Shown here: in pieces, positions 27,395-37,073 of the stretch
Numbering within the stretch: position 1 is the stretch's first letter
How the letters are laid out: each line of letters starts with the position of its first letter
Virus record (IMG/VR): IMGVR_UViG_3300014169_000008
Location: 1-55,297 of that record
Length of the DNA stretch: 55,297 nt
Strand: one strand, 5' to 3'
Origin: a virus
Lineage: Duplodnaviria; Caudoviricetes
Notes under the pieces: model-generated
Databases searched by the model: none
What the model was told of the DNA's origin: nothing
What the model saw: the letters and a program-made list of their open reading frames with translations, nothing else
Made by a program: the position numbers and the translations under genes

Positions 27395-28719
27395 AAAAAC
27401 TTTCTGCACTTGTCACCATCCTGTGTTTGCTCGCGGCAACAGCGCTCGCAAATACCACGCACTATAACGTCGCGATTCCTGTTGTGGGGGGCTCTCAGAA
27501 CACCTGGGGTTCGATTATTAACACGGCTTTTGGAGCTTTTGACGGTTTTATCTGGTCTGCTTCCAGCGGCACGACGATCGGCGTCAACACGGCCTCGAGC
27601 GCGTCAAATATCACGCTGACCAATCCGATGAACAACGTGCAGAACATCACGTTGACCACGACTAGCAAGAAACTTATCCTACCGGCAATGAACGCGACAG
27701 CTTCCCCTGTTGCTGGCGGGACCATCGTTGTTAACAATGTCGGCTCCAATACGTTCGCGGTGGATGCCGCTGACGGAACGACCGCTGTTGCCGCGTCAGT
27801 AGCGGCAGGACAATCTGTAACAATTCTTGTCACGTCAAACGCGACCAGTAACGGTGCGTTTACTGTCCTCGGCCCCTATGTCACATCCGTAACTGGCAAC
27901 ATAAGCCTTGGGACAACAGCTTCGGTAACAAACCCGTCTATTTCAACAGATGCCACCACAGGGCTATATACCGCCGGTGCAGCTAAAGTAGACGTATCGG
28001 TGAGCGGCTCAAAGATCGTTGAGTGGGCGTCAACAGGCGAAACGCTAACAGGAACCTTTACAGTGAGTGGTCTCGCGACTATGAGCGGCGCCGCCACGGT
28101 CGGCACTACGCTGGGAGTCGCAGGAAACTTTTCTGTCAACACCAATAAATTTACGGTCACAGCGGCGAGCGGCGACACCCTCGTGGCGGGCACCCTAAAC
28201 GTAACGGGGCAAGCGACGCTAGGCGGCGTCACTTACCCGGCATCGATGACGTCAGGGGGTGTATTATACGCCAGCAGCACATCGTCTTTAGCCTCTTCCG
28301 GCGCTTTAACCGCCAATGCGGTTGTTCTCGGCGGCGGCGCGGGTGGGTCGCCGACAGTCGTTAGCGGACTAGGGACTGCCGGGCAGGTGTTGACGAGCAA
28401 CGGTGCGGGATCAGCTCCGACTTTTCAGACAGTGGGAGCTTCTGGAACTCCTTTATACGGCCATACGGGCAGCACTAAAACTTCTCCACATCTGATCGTA
28501 GACACAGGAACAATGCCAGGGGGTAGTACAAATACGTTGACCGTCACTCTCTCAGGGTCAGCAGTTTATACATCTTCTACGAGCTATACATGTAGCTGCA
28601 CGGATCAGACTAATACAGGGCTGGTATGCACCGCTCAAAATGTCTCCGGCTCAAGTGTTGGTTTCAATATAAACCTCAATAACACCGATACAATTCAATA
28701 CTCATGTGTGGGGAATTAG
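27391..28719 (+). CDS. Tail-fibre-like protein with N-terminal signal peptide
   Basis: MKKLSALVTILCLLAATALA leader, then PVVGGSQNTWGSIINT anchor-like motif, GTAGQVLTSNGAGSAPTF fibre knot, 4-Cys C-terminal domain. Confidence 0.78.
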   Translation: MKKLSALVTILCLLAATALANTTHYNVAIPVVGGSQNTWGSIINTAFGAFDGFIWSASSGTTIGVNTASSASNITLTNPMNNVQNITLTTTSKKLILPAMNATASPVAGGTIVVNNVGSNTFAVDAADGTTAVAASVAAGQSVTILVTSNATSNGAFTVLGPYVTSVTGNISLGTTASVTNPSISTDATTGLYTAGAAKVDVSVSGSKIVEWASTGETLTGTFTVSGLATMSGAATVGTTLGVAGNFSVNTNKFTVTAASGDTLVAGTLNVTGQATLGGVTYPASMTSGGVLYASSTSSLASSGALTANAVVLGGGAGGSPTVVSGLGTAGQVLTSNGAGSAPTFQTVGASGTPLYGHTGSTKTSPHLIVDTGTMPGGSTNTLTVTLSGSAVYTSSTSYTCSCTDQTNTGLVCTAQNVSGSSVGFNINLNNTDTIQYSCVGN

Positions 28720-28804
28720 CCTTTATTTTCCTCTTTATTTGCCTTGAAGATATGTTAGCATAGGTGATAGCAGTCAGTATTAACCTTAAACACGGAGAAA
28801 GACG

Positions 28805-29191
28805 ATGGAAAAGACACTTACTAAGAAAACCCTTCTTCTCGCAGCCGCCGTTTTTTTAATCTTCGGCATGATACCGAAGCATGCTCACGCTCAAGTTGTT
28901 TTCCCTCCGGCTCCGTTCGGCGCCGCGGGAACTTTCGCTACCGCCAGTGCAATACAAGGCGCTGCGGTGCTGGGCTCGGCCGCGATGTTCTCAGTGTTCA
29001 TCTGGGCAAACACCACGGGCGAGAAGCCTTTCGAAAAAGCTTTCAAGGTCGTTGACTATAGTTATCCGCAAGACCCGAAGAGCTTTGAGCACATCGTTGT
29101 TGAGGACGGCGTTCGCGTTGGTTACGCGATACCAAATTCGCAGCGGTACCCTTATAAAGACAAGGATGGTATCCACTATCCTAAGCCCTAA
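28805..29191 (+). CDS. Exported or membrane hypothetical protein
   Basis: SD GGAG; KKTLLLAAAVFLIFGMIPKHAHA leader plus a second hydrophobic segment. Confidence 0.65.
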   Translation: MEKTLTKKTLLLAAAVFLIFGMIPKHAHAQVVFPPAPFGAAGTFATASAIQGAAVLGSAAMFSVFIWANTTGEKPFEKAFKVVDYSYPQDPKSFEHIVVEDGVRVGYAIPNSQRYPYKDKDGIHYPKP

Positions 29192-29198
29192 TATGAAG

Positions 29199-29235
29199 AT
29201 GCGGGGGCCGTGAAAACGGTCTCCGCATTTTTTTT
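29199..29235 (+). terminator. Rho-independent terminator
   Basis: ATGCGGGGGCCGT-GAAA-ACGGTCTCCGCAT stem followed by a T run. Confidence 0.85.
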
Positions 29236-29263
29236 ATCCTCTGGCATAAAGAAAGCGTAAAAT

Positions 29264-29542
29264 ATGCTCCGCGCCCGCCTCCAATCAAATTGGTGCCGCG
29301 AAATGTACGACAAGGCAACCCCTTTCATTCAGATTGCCGGGTTCCTCATTATGGTCGTTTTTACGGCCGGAATTTATTTCTCGAAATTCACCGCGATGGC
29401 CGCCACGGCCGACAAGCAACAAATCCGCATCGAAGCCCTCGAGACCCACTATAGTGAGATCGAAAATCGGTATGCCCATATCGAACAGCGGCTCGACGAT
29501 ATGTGCGACTTTTTTCACGTTCCGCCACGGAGAACAAAATGA
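29264..29542 (+). CDS. Holin-like single-TM protein
   Basis: One TM (FIQIAGFLIMVVFTAGIYF) plus coiled coil; start of the lysis block. Confidence 0.5.
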   Translation: MLRARLQSNWCREMYDKATPFIQIAGFLIMVVFTAGIYFSKFTAMAATADKQQIRIEALETHYSEIENRYAHIEQRLDDMCDFFHVPPRRTK

Positions 29543-29838
29543 CGATGCCGGCGACTGAGAAGACAAACACTCTCGTCCGCATAATGACCGGTATCGTATC
29601 CGGCTTCATCTCGAGCTATATCCTCAATCAATGCAGCTTGCACGGCGTCGATTTCAAAACCCTGGGCGTCGACTCCGAAATCGTCAAAAGCAGCTTAGAG
29701 GGCACGATTGTTGGTATTTTGATTGCGCCAAAAAATCTTGTGTATGCGAGCGTCGATGCTATACTTTTTGTTCGGTTCTTTTTCGCCAACATCTGGAAAG
29801 CCATCCGCTACGGTAAAAATGTAGACGAAAAAGAGTAA
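29539..29838 (+). CDS. Membrane protein, holin candidate
   Basis: ATGA-coupled; hydrophobic segments and charged C-terminus. Confidence 0.5.
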   Translation: MTMPATEKTNTLVRIMTGIVSGFISSYILNQCSLHGVDFKTLGVDSEIVKSSLEGTIVGILIAPKNLVYASVDAILFVRFFFANIWKAIRYGKNVDEKE

Positions 29839-29860
29839 CCCCCACCTGAAAGGAAACACC

Positions 29861-30172
29861 ATGAGCGTACAAGATGACATCAAGGCTTCACTCGACACCC
29901 TTTTCACCACAGTCGTGAAGGACGAGCTCGCTGTAACACGCCCCCTGGCGGATAGTTATTTGACAAGCATCGTCACCAACCCGGCTCCTGACAATGTGGT
30001 GGCGCAAAGCATCGCATTCCAAACGCAAGCGATCGCTGCGTTGCCGAATATCGAAGCCGCGGCCGCAAAGGACACGGCAGCGTCTCTCAAAGCGCTGATC
30101 GATCTTGAGGCCGATAAGTTGACAGGCGCAACGCCTGGCACCACCGCGACGGTCGCAGCCGCCGCAGCCTAA
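29861..30172 (+). CDS. Ala-rich hypothetical protein
   Basis: SD AAGGA; 103-aa ORF. Confidence 0.6.
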   Translation: MSVQDDIKASLDTLFTTVVKDELAVTRPLADSYLTSIVTNPAPDNVVAQSIAFQTQAIAALPNIEAAAAKDTAASLKALIDLEADKLTGATPGTTATVAAAAA

Positions 30173-30199
30173 ACGCGGGTCACTCCGCGGGAGGTTAAA

Positions 30200-30439
30200 A
30201 TGAAGCAGTTCAAGTTCCTATATCGCAACATCCTCAAACTATGGAGAGCAGAAATGTTAGATCAAGCCACCATCGACAGCCTTACAGCCCGCATCAAAGC
30301 CCTTGAACCGAAAGTCGCTGCGCTCGAAGCCGCACAGCAACCGCCGGTCGATGCAACGGCCCTTGAAGCCGAAGTGACGAAGCTGGAAGCGCAGTTCCCG
30401 GCCGATACGGCCGCAGGAAACGGCACAGCCACTTCCTAA
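30200..30439 (+). CDS. Coiled-coil hypothetical protein
   Basis: SD GGAGG; possible second start at 30254. Confidence 0.6.
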   Translation: MKQFKFLYRNILKLWRAEMLDQATIDSLTARIKALEPKVAALEAAQQPPVDATALEAEVTKLEAQFPADTAAGNGTATS

Positions 30440-30443
30440 TGCC

Positions 30444-31073
30444 ATGATTTCTGACGTAGATGCCGTCGGGTTATGTGTCGCCAGTTACCAAAACCCTCTT
30501 TTGGGTGCCTGGGATCACTTTTGGGACGGCACAGACCCCGACGGGATCTGCGGAGGAATAAAAAATAATACCCTCGTGTTACGAGGTTCGATCACGAGAG
30601 AAGATTGGTTTAGAGATTTTGAAGTCGTCAAATTAGGCCCACGCAAATTTCATCCGGAATTCGGTTCGATCCACGCTGGCTTCGATGAGGGTCTTGATGA
30701 GTTTGCTGCAAAAGCCTTACCGCTTCTTAGTGACGGTGCCACTTTCTGTGGCCATTCCCTTGGTGCGGCGCATGCTTGGCTGCTTGCGGGGCGATACATC
30801 CTTCAAGCAGGCCGCCCGGGAGGAATTAAAGTCTTTGGCTCCCCAAGACCCGGATGCCTCCAATTCGCCCAATACGTAGCGTCGGTTCCAAAGTCGTCTT
30901 ATCGCAACGGTCTTGATCCGGTAACAGAAGTCCCCCTGGTTATCGGTGACGAGATCGCTATCGAGCCTACCAGTTTCAAATTATTGCATGTCACGCCGAC
31001 GGATTGGTCCGAAGGGTTTATGGCATGGCATTCGATCCACCTCTATGCGCAGGGGGTGACAGCAAGCTCTTAA
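30444..31073 (+). CDS. Lipase class 3 (alpha/beta hydrolase)
   Basis: LRGS..REDWFRDF, IHAGF, GHSLGAA nucleophile elbow, FGSPRPG, DPVTEVP, HSIHLY. Confidence 0.88.
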   Translation: MISDVDAVGLCVASYQNPLLGAWDHFWDGTDPDGICGGIKNNTLVLRGSITREDWFRDFEVVKLGPRKFHPEFGSIHAGFDEGLDEFAAKALPLLSDGATFCGHSLGAAHAWLLAGRYILQAGRPGGIKVFGSPRPGCLQFAQYVASVPKSSYRNGLDPVTEVPLVIGDEIAIEPTSFKLLHVTPTDWSEGFMAWHSIHLYAQGVTASS

Positions 31074-31090
31074 ACAATAAGGAGGTCAAC

Positions 31091-31279
31091 ATGTCTAATA
31101 AGGTTGATTGGTATTCCCTCGCCATCTTGCTGGCCTTTACCCTTACGGCCGGCACCCTTGGCAAAGAGACCCCCGAACATCTCGCTAATTTCGATCTTAT
31201 TACGACAGCCGAAGAGGCAGCCGGCATATTTTTACCTGTGCCGGCGCCCGAAACTATGCTATTATCGTCTGACGATTGA
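31091..31279 (+). CDS. Small membrane protein
   Basis: SD AGGAGG; N-terminal hydrophobic helix. Confidence 0.55.
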   Translation: MSNKVDWYSLAILLAFTLTAGTLGKETPEHLANFDLITTAEEAAGIFLPVPAPETMLLSSDD

Positions 31280-31390
31280 TAAGAGGGGACATGAGCAAGG
31301 CGTTCCGTAAAGCTTCGGCTTTAACCTTTCGGCACCCAAACCGGAAGCGACCAAAAAAGTTTCTCCGCCACAAACATCCAAAGCACGGCA

Positions 31391-31570
31391 ATGGCTGAAA
31401 TCGAGCGCCGAAAGCTCTCGAAGGCCGAATTGACAGCCCTCATGCACGATTACGATTTTGTCAGATACGTGAAAGAGCTTGACCGGCGCGAGGAAGAAGC
31501 GTTGAAAAGCGGACGATACAAAACCGTAAGACCCCCTCTTAAACTCTTACTCGCACCTCGGAATGGCTGA
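31391..31570 (+). CDS. Small hypothetical protein (59 aa, below the ORF-track cutoff)
   Basis: MAEIERRKLSKAELTALMHDYDF...; coupled on both sides by ATGGCTGA overlaps. Confidence 0.5.
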   Translation: MAEIERRKLSKAELTALMHDYDFVRYVKELDRREEEALKSGRYKTVRPPLKLLLAPRNG

Positions 31571-31982
31571 CACCGATGTTTTTTCAGACCAGGAGATCCT
31601 CGCTCGTACTCTCTTTGGAGAAGCCCGCGGCGAAGGTTTCTACGGCCTCATGGCCGTCGCGAACGTCATTATCAACCGCGCCAAGTCGCGCATAACCTGG
31701 TGGGGTCACGATGTTAGATCGGTCTGCCTTGCGCCATATCAATTTTCATGCTGGAACGAATCTGATCCAAACCGATCCCTCATTATGGCGATCACCGCCG
31801 GCACCGATCCTATCTACAATGAGTGCCTTACAATTGCGAACGCTGCGCTTAATGGTATCCTACGCGATAATACAAATTCGGCTACTTCATATTACGCTCG
31901 ATCAATGCCAAACCCTCCTGAATGGGCTGCCGGAAAGACCGAAGTAGCCGAAGTGGGCAATCACGTTTTTTTCAGCGTTTAA
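31563..31982 (+). CDS. Cell-wall hydrolase (SleB/Hydrolase_2), probable endolysin
   Basis: LARTLFGEARGE (catalytic Glu), AVANVIINR, YQFSCWN, ATSYY, VGNHVFF. Confidence 0.9.
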   Translation: MADTDVFSDQEILARTLFGEARGEGFYGLMAVANVIINRAKSRITWWGHDVRSVCLAPYQFSCWNESDPNRSLIMAITAGTDPIYNECLTIANAALNGILRDNTNSATSYYARSMPNPPEWAAGKTEVAEVGNHVFFSV

Positions 31983-32605
31983 AGTATAAACGCTCGGATC
32001 GCGCAAACCGCGAAAACAACAAGGCATGCTGTGATCGAGCCGCCCAGCACCGTCGCACCGACAACCGCCCAGAAGCCAAGCGGTTGGCGAAGAGCCCGAA
32101 CACCGGCGGTAAAATCTGATAGCGCCTGGAGTTTTTTCTTGAACGCGTCGAAGTCATTCGCGATGTGCTGTTTGAGATTCCCATAATCTTCGGCGCCATG
32201 ACCGCGATGTACTTTAAATGCGTCGGTGAATTGGTCGCCCATCCATGAGATCTTTTTATTGAGATCTATAATCTGACCGGTTAGCGCGCCAAATACATCT
32301 TCCGGCTCAGACTTAATGGGGAGAGGCGACCCCTTGAAAGAACTATCAAGATGCCCCAAGAGCTCCTGGCGGATCCGCTCGGGAGTGCCTTCTTCCGGCG
32401 GCCGCGTCGTTGGCGCCATCGGGTCTTCTTCGGGCTCATCCGCCACCGGCGGCGCGATCGGCCGGGCGGTTACAAATGGACCTTTGGGCGGCAGCTGGAC
32501 ACGGCCGTCTTCGTGCCAATGGAGAAATCTAAGTTTGCAATTTCTTTCGCCGCAGTAGGCGTTAACGGAGGATGGGGGACGGGATTTTACGCGGGTGTTT
32601 GCCAT
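31979..32605 (-). CDS. Hypothetical protein with C-terminal TM anchor
   Basis: 208-aa ORF; hydrophobic C-terminus. Confidence 0.6.
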   Translation of the reverse strand: MANTRVKSRPPSSVNAYCGERNCKLRFLHWHEDGRVQLPPKGPFVTARPIAPPVADEPEEDPMAPTTRPPEEGTPERIRQELLGHLDSSFKGSPLPIKSEPEDVFGALTGQIIDLNKKISWMGDQFTDAFKVHRGHGAEDYGNLKQHIANDFDAFKKKLQALSDFTAGVRALRQPLGFWAVVGATVLGGSITACLVVFAVCAIRAFIL

Positions 32606-32724
32606 GTGAAGATGCTCCAGAGGTAAGCTCCCAGGATCCCCACCGCAATCACGACCCCGAAGAATAAGCCTACGAGAGCGAGGAAGCGAAGGTGTACCCG
32701 GAAGAGGGTGATCTCAGTCACAGT

Positions 32725-33027
32725 TTATTTCTCCACCGAGAAGTAGCCGATCAGCGTTCCGATAACCTTGTCGATCGTGGCACCGGCTTTTTCATAATTC
32801 GATTGCTGCAACTCTCTGCGTATGCGCTCTAAATCACCGAGCAGGATCTCATGCCGCGGCCTCCAGCCCGGCGGCATTTCAATTTCCATTGTCTCAAGCG
32901 CGGCTTCGTTGAAAGGGTGAGATATGTTGGTCAACGATACTCCACCCTCTTTATGGCGCAGACAAGAGCAAATGACCGGCTCACCCTCTGCTGCCCAAAT
33001 CGTTTTTCCACATTGTCCGCAAAGCAT
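32725..33027 (-). CDS. Hypothetical protein with N-terminal Zn ribbon
   Basis: SD GAGG; CGQC...CSC. Confidence 0.55.
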   Translation of the reverse strand: MLCGQCGKTIWAAEGEPVICSCLRHKEGGVSLTNISHPFNEAALETMEIEMPPGWRPRHEILLGDLERIRRELQQSNYEKAGATIDKVIGTLIGYFSVEK

Positions 33028-33101
33028 ATGAACCTCGTGATTTGTGTTTTAACGGCGGCCGTGTTATCGTACATGAACTGTGACCATAGGAGATAACACG
33101 A

Positions 33102-33326
33102 ATGCCGTCAACGCCTAATTTAGAGAGATTTCATCCGCCCACTTTCGCCCGCGAAATCAGGGCATTTATGAAGAAACATAAGATGTCAGCCCGCCAATGG
33201 GCCTCATTAACGAAATGCGCCTATACGACATTGCGCCGACTGGAAAGCGGCGATGCCGATGTCTTCGTGAGTACGGTCAGCCGGTGCCAGAAATTCATGC
33301 GCAATTACAAACCTACCGACGCATAG
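33102..33326 (+). CDS. XRE/Cro-like HTH regulator
   Basis: MSARQWASLTKCAYTTLRRLESG; SD AGGAG inside the inverted repeat CGTGTTATC/GATAACACG (33060-33100). Confidence 0.7.
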   Translation: MPSTPNLERFHPPTFAREIRAFMKKHKMSARQWASLTKCAYTTLRRLESGDADVFVSTVSRCQKFMRNYKPTDA

Positions 33327-34746
33327 CGTCGAGCAGGAAGTCCTGGATCTCGCGCTTTTCAACATGACTCTCCAAAACATCCTCGTCGCGTGTGTCTACG
33401 GCGACGATATCGTATACGTAAACCGGTCGGTCAAAGCCCGCTTGAAACTGACGAACCGGGCCTATGCGGCCAATCAACTGGTCTCGGAGCTCCATGTCGG
33501 GCCATTGGCTGAAGAAGGCTATTCGATTGGTGATGTACTGAAAACCATCAATGCCATGGCCGCCACTGGCGGGATGGATAAAAAGTAGGTCGATCTTCCC
33601 GGCTTTAAAATCGTCTTCGTCTTTCTCGGTGCAGAAATCGCGGCCTTTCGGGAAGGCTTTTTTCAGCCGTTCGATGTCACTACGGAATTGATAAGCCACG
33701 ATCAGCGGCATGCCGTTACATTCCGAGATGACGCTTTCGAGCGCTTGGATCTTTTCATCGTGAACTTCAACCCAATCCTTCGCCCGCGGATCGTCATCAT
33801 TCTCGGTTTCCGGATCCAGATAGATAGCGCCGCTGGCGAGCTGGAGAAGTTTCAACGCTTTTGAGCCAGCGTTCAACGCTTCAACTTCACGCTCGCCGAT
33901 CTTGATATAGAATTTGTTCTTCATCTCGCGATAGAGTTTCCGCGCTTTAACCGGAAGTTCCACTTCGATCTTGATTTCGATCGGTTCTTTCAGATCGAAA
34001 TAATCCTTTGCCAACAGGCTAAGGCACACATCTTTAATCTTGGCGTGGATCTCGCGATCGGCGTTCGGTAAGGGGACAAGTTTATAACCGTCGCGATCAA
34101 GGGTGAACCACCGCTTCTCGAAGGCAGAAAATGAATTACCCAGGCGCTCACCGAAATCTTGAAACCAAATTTGACCATAGAGTTTTTTTAAACCGTTTGG
34201 CGCCGGCGTGCCTGTCAGGTTAAGCCAACGCTCATTGCGGCTATAAAAAGCAAGCTTCGCGAGCTTTCGTGCCCGGATAGTACCTTGCCCTTGCACCCAG
34301 CGCTTACCATTCTTCACGCGGACGCTAACGCGCAATCCGCCTAGACGTGTGCTCTCATCTATAATGATAGAACCGTAAGGCCATCGATCGCCGTGTGTTT
34401 GGATCAGCCACGGGAGGTTGTCGAAATTTATTATGTGGACTTGAACATCCCGTTTAGCTGCTATGCGCCGTTGTTCCTGGTCCCCGACAATAGTAGAAAC
34501 GGTCATACCACTGAGGTGGTCCCATTTTTTTATTTCATCGCTCCAAGTCTTACGCGCCACCCGTAATGGCGCCACCACCAGGGCCGGCCTTGTTTCGTAA
34601 CCGCATAAGAGCATCGTATCGTGGGCGGTCAAAGCCGACGCAGTTTTTCCCATCCCCATATCGGCGAAGAGGGCGGCACGCCGGGTATCGAGAATAAAAT
34701 CGATCGCGAGCTTCTGGTACGTGCGGGGGATAAATTCTTTAGACAT
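33313..34746 (-). CDS. SNF2-family DEAD/H helicase
   Basis: DMGMGKT (Walker A), IIDES, LTGTPAPN, HPASGGHGID, QLIGRIG. Confidence 0.92.
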   Translation of the reverse strand: MSKEFIPRTYQKLAIDFILDTRRAALFADMGMGKTASALTAHDTMLLCGYETRPALVVAPLRVARKTWSDEIKKWDHLSGMTVSTIVGDQEQRRIAAKRDVQVHIINFDNLPWLIQTHGDRWPYGSIIIDESTRLGGLRVSVRVKNGKRWVQGQGTIRARKLAKLAFYSRNERWLNLTGTPAPNGLKKLYGQIWFQDFGERLGNSFSAFEKRWFTLDRDGYKLVPLPNADREIHAKIKDVCLSLLAKDYFDLKEPIEIKIEVELPVKARKLYREMKNKFYIKIGEREVEALNAGSKALKLLQLASGAIYLDPETENDDDPRAKDWVEVHDEKIQALESVISECNGMPLIVAYQFRSDIERLKKAFPKGRDFCTEKDEDDFKAGKIDLLFIHPASGGHGIDGFQYITNRIAFFSQWPDMELRDQLIGRIGPVRQFQAGFDRPVYVYDIVAVDTRDEDVLESHVEKREIQDFLLDAMRR

Positions 34747-34880
34747 ATTCCCAATCTGCTAGTATGCTTAGAACGCCAATGGAGGGTTACCTAATACTTC
34801 TGCGGCATGGGGGGTGGAAACCGTATCAACGGCATCCGCCTTATTCGCCATATTCGGGCGGCCTCCATTCGCGGCTTCAG

Positions 34881-35114
34881 TCATGCCGCATCCTTCCGAT
34901 AAACAGCGCAATCGTCGCAGTACCATTGATTGCCGATTTTCTTCCAGCCGTCCTCGATCAACGTCCGATCTTCCGATCTTCCAATCCGCCCATGCACATG
35001 ATCTTGTTGCCACATCCTTTCGAGCAGCATGATTGTTTGTTCCATTTCGTCGTTTGTGTCATGCTGCGCTCCTCGCCAATCGTTGAAGATAATAAAGTCC
35101 GTCAAATCCATCAT
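34881..35114 (-). CDS. Small hypothetical protein with GWK...WYCDDC motif
   Basis: ORF track; part of a chain of small early genes. Confidence 0.5.
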   Translation of the reverse strand: MMDLTDFIIFNDWRGAQHDTNDEMEQTIMLLERMWQQDHVHGRIGRSEDRTLIEDGWKKIGNQWYCDDCAVYRKDAA

Positions 35115-35671
35115 TGATCGACGGAATGAAGATTGTCCCGCTTTCGTTTTGTTCTTTTCTTAGCTCAAGTAAGAGACATTCAACTGCACGTACAGATTCG
35201 CGGATACGTTGAAGGCGCTTGCGGCGGGTGGTTTGTGTTTCAGTTTTTGTCATGTTTGTTCTCCTCATATTTAGGGAAAGGATTATCTTTTGGCCGCAGT
35301 ACAATCACGATACTTCCGGGGTGATGCCAAGAGAAGTTGGCGGCCCCTTGAGGATCATCGAATGGCCCATAATAGACTTCGCCAGAATTGTGAGAACCTT
35401 TGACTATGTATTGCATGGTTTTAACTCTATCCTTTCATCTTCGTATTCAAAGACGGTTCTTATCTTCACTTTCACTTACCTTGACCGTGCAAGCGGTCGC
35501 GACGGAGGTGTCTGGATCACTCGTGCGGACGAGAGTGTGGGGCTGTGTGGCAGGAATTTGGGGCTTACGGAATAGGTCTGGGTGGGTCATGCTTTCCTCC
35601 ATTCGATAAGCCATCCGTGAAACTCTCCGTTCTTGTCTGCTCTCGGCTCAAAGAATTTCCACCTCTTCAAC

Positions 35672-35980
35672 TTAGTAAGCGTCGTTACTGTTTTTCCGTC
35701 TGTCATGAAAATCCCTTTCAGATTGGCACCAGTCGAGAAACTCCGGGGAAGACTTCAAGCAGTTAAACAATGTGCCGTGAAGTCCCCTCATCGCCGCCGC
35801 TCTTTTTCCCGAATCATCGTTGGGAATAAAACTTCCAGCCGCCAATGCCATTCGACGCGCTAACTCATGAAGCAAATCGTCAGGCATCGGTGTTTGTTTT
35901 TTCTTACACTCCAATCCGATCTCACCTGTCTTGGGTTCACAAGTCAGGCACCAACATTTCGTGGTTACTGGTTTTTCCAT
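35672..35980 (-). CDS. Hypothetical protein
   Basis: ORF track; SD GGAG upstream. Confidence 0.5.
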   Translation of the reverse strand: MEKPVTTKCWCLTCEPKTGEIGLECKKKQTPMPDDLLHELARRMALAAGSFIPNDDSGKRAAAMRGLHGTLFNCLKSSPEFLDWCQSERDFHDRRKNSNDAY

Positions 35981-36133
35981 GCCATCATCTCCCTGATTAT
36001 GGCGATCATCTTGCCATGATTGTAGGATCGCTCCACGAAGCCATCTTGCTCAACAACGACTTTTATGCATCCAAGAATCTTCTCTTGGATTGCGTATTCG
36101 TCATCGTTCTCATGGGTGTGGGTCGTTTGTGTT

Positions 36134-36337
36134 TTACTCATAGCGAAGCACCGGCTTTGGTGAAATCATCTCAAGTGCCTCCTGAATTAGATAAGCTGGT
36201 TTCTTCGCCTCATCCATACACTTACGGCATGGCTGCACTTCAATGTATTGTTTGTAGACAGCGACTTGTAGCTCTGTCTGACACGTCCAGCAGTTATACT
36301 GCTGTTTTTTGGTCGTCGTTTGTGGATGCTTGGTCAT
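36134..36337 (-). CDS. Small Zn-ribbon protein
   Basis: CWTC...CRKC. Confidence 0.5.
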   Translation of the reverse strand: MTKHPQTTTKKQQYNCWTCQTELQVAVYKQYIEVQPCRKCMDEAKKPAYLIQEALEMISPKPVLRYE

Positions 36338-36603
36338 CGGGTTCTATACCTTGTTGGAAGTACCAGGTGGACGTACATCATGATTCACCTTTTACAAGAT
36401 CGACACGGAGCAAGCGTTTGGCGGTTATCGTTTGTTCAGCCATTTGTCAAGTTCCTTCCCGGTCATAGGCGGTGCTTCCCGCTTTTGCTTTTCGAGACGC
36501 TTAAGCTCCCGCAGTAGCGCCATGTCGGCGGACCGGCGCTTGAGTTTAGACGCGGCGCGTTTCGTCTGACCGTCGCCGCTTTTTGTTGAAGACCATTTCT
36601 TTG

Positions 36604-36786
36604 TCACGACGTTTCTCTTTGCATGGCTAAGATTATATCGAGGCAATAACCCATACCTACCACTTCTCCGTTATCTCCATGCTCAGTCTGAGCGCAGTAC
36701 GATCTTTCTAACTCTCGACGCGCATCAATCTTATCGTAAACCGCTTGAAGTGTTGTTTTATCGAGTGTCGTTTGTGATCTGGTCAT
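36604..36786 (-). CDS. Hypothetical protein
   Basis: ATGA-coupled to the upstream gene. Confidence 0.45.
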   Translation of the reverse strand: MTRSQTTLDKTTLQAVYDKIDARRELERSYCAQTEHGDNGEVVGMGYCLDIILAMQRETS

Positions 36787-37073
36787 AGCTTCACCTTCAA
36801 GGCTCGTCTGATAAAACCAACATCTCTCCTTGCAAGATTGATCTTCGATGCTTCATCTTGGCTATAAGCGCTGATAAAGGCCGCAGCCTTTGCCAACGCC
36901 GAGTCAATGTTTCGGAGAGCCGCAGCCTGACGGTCTTTCGTCGTTAGTGTTGTGGGCTTAGTCATGGACAACCTCCAATTGTGAGCAACGCCAAAAGCCG
37001 CCGAACAGATACATTGACCGAACATCCAACTTTTATAATGCCGTTCTCATAGCGCATGATGTAGATGTAGCCG

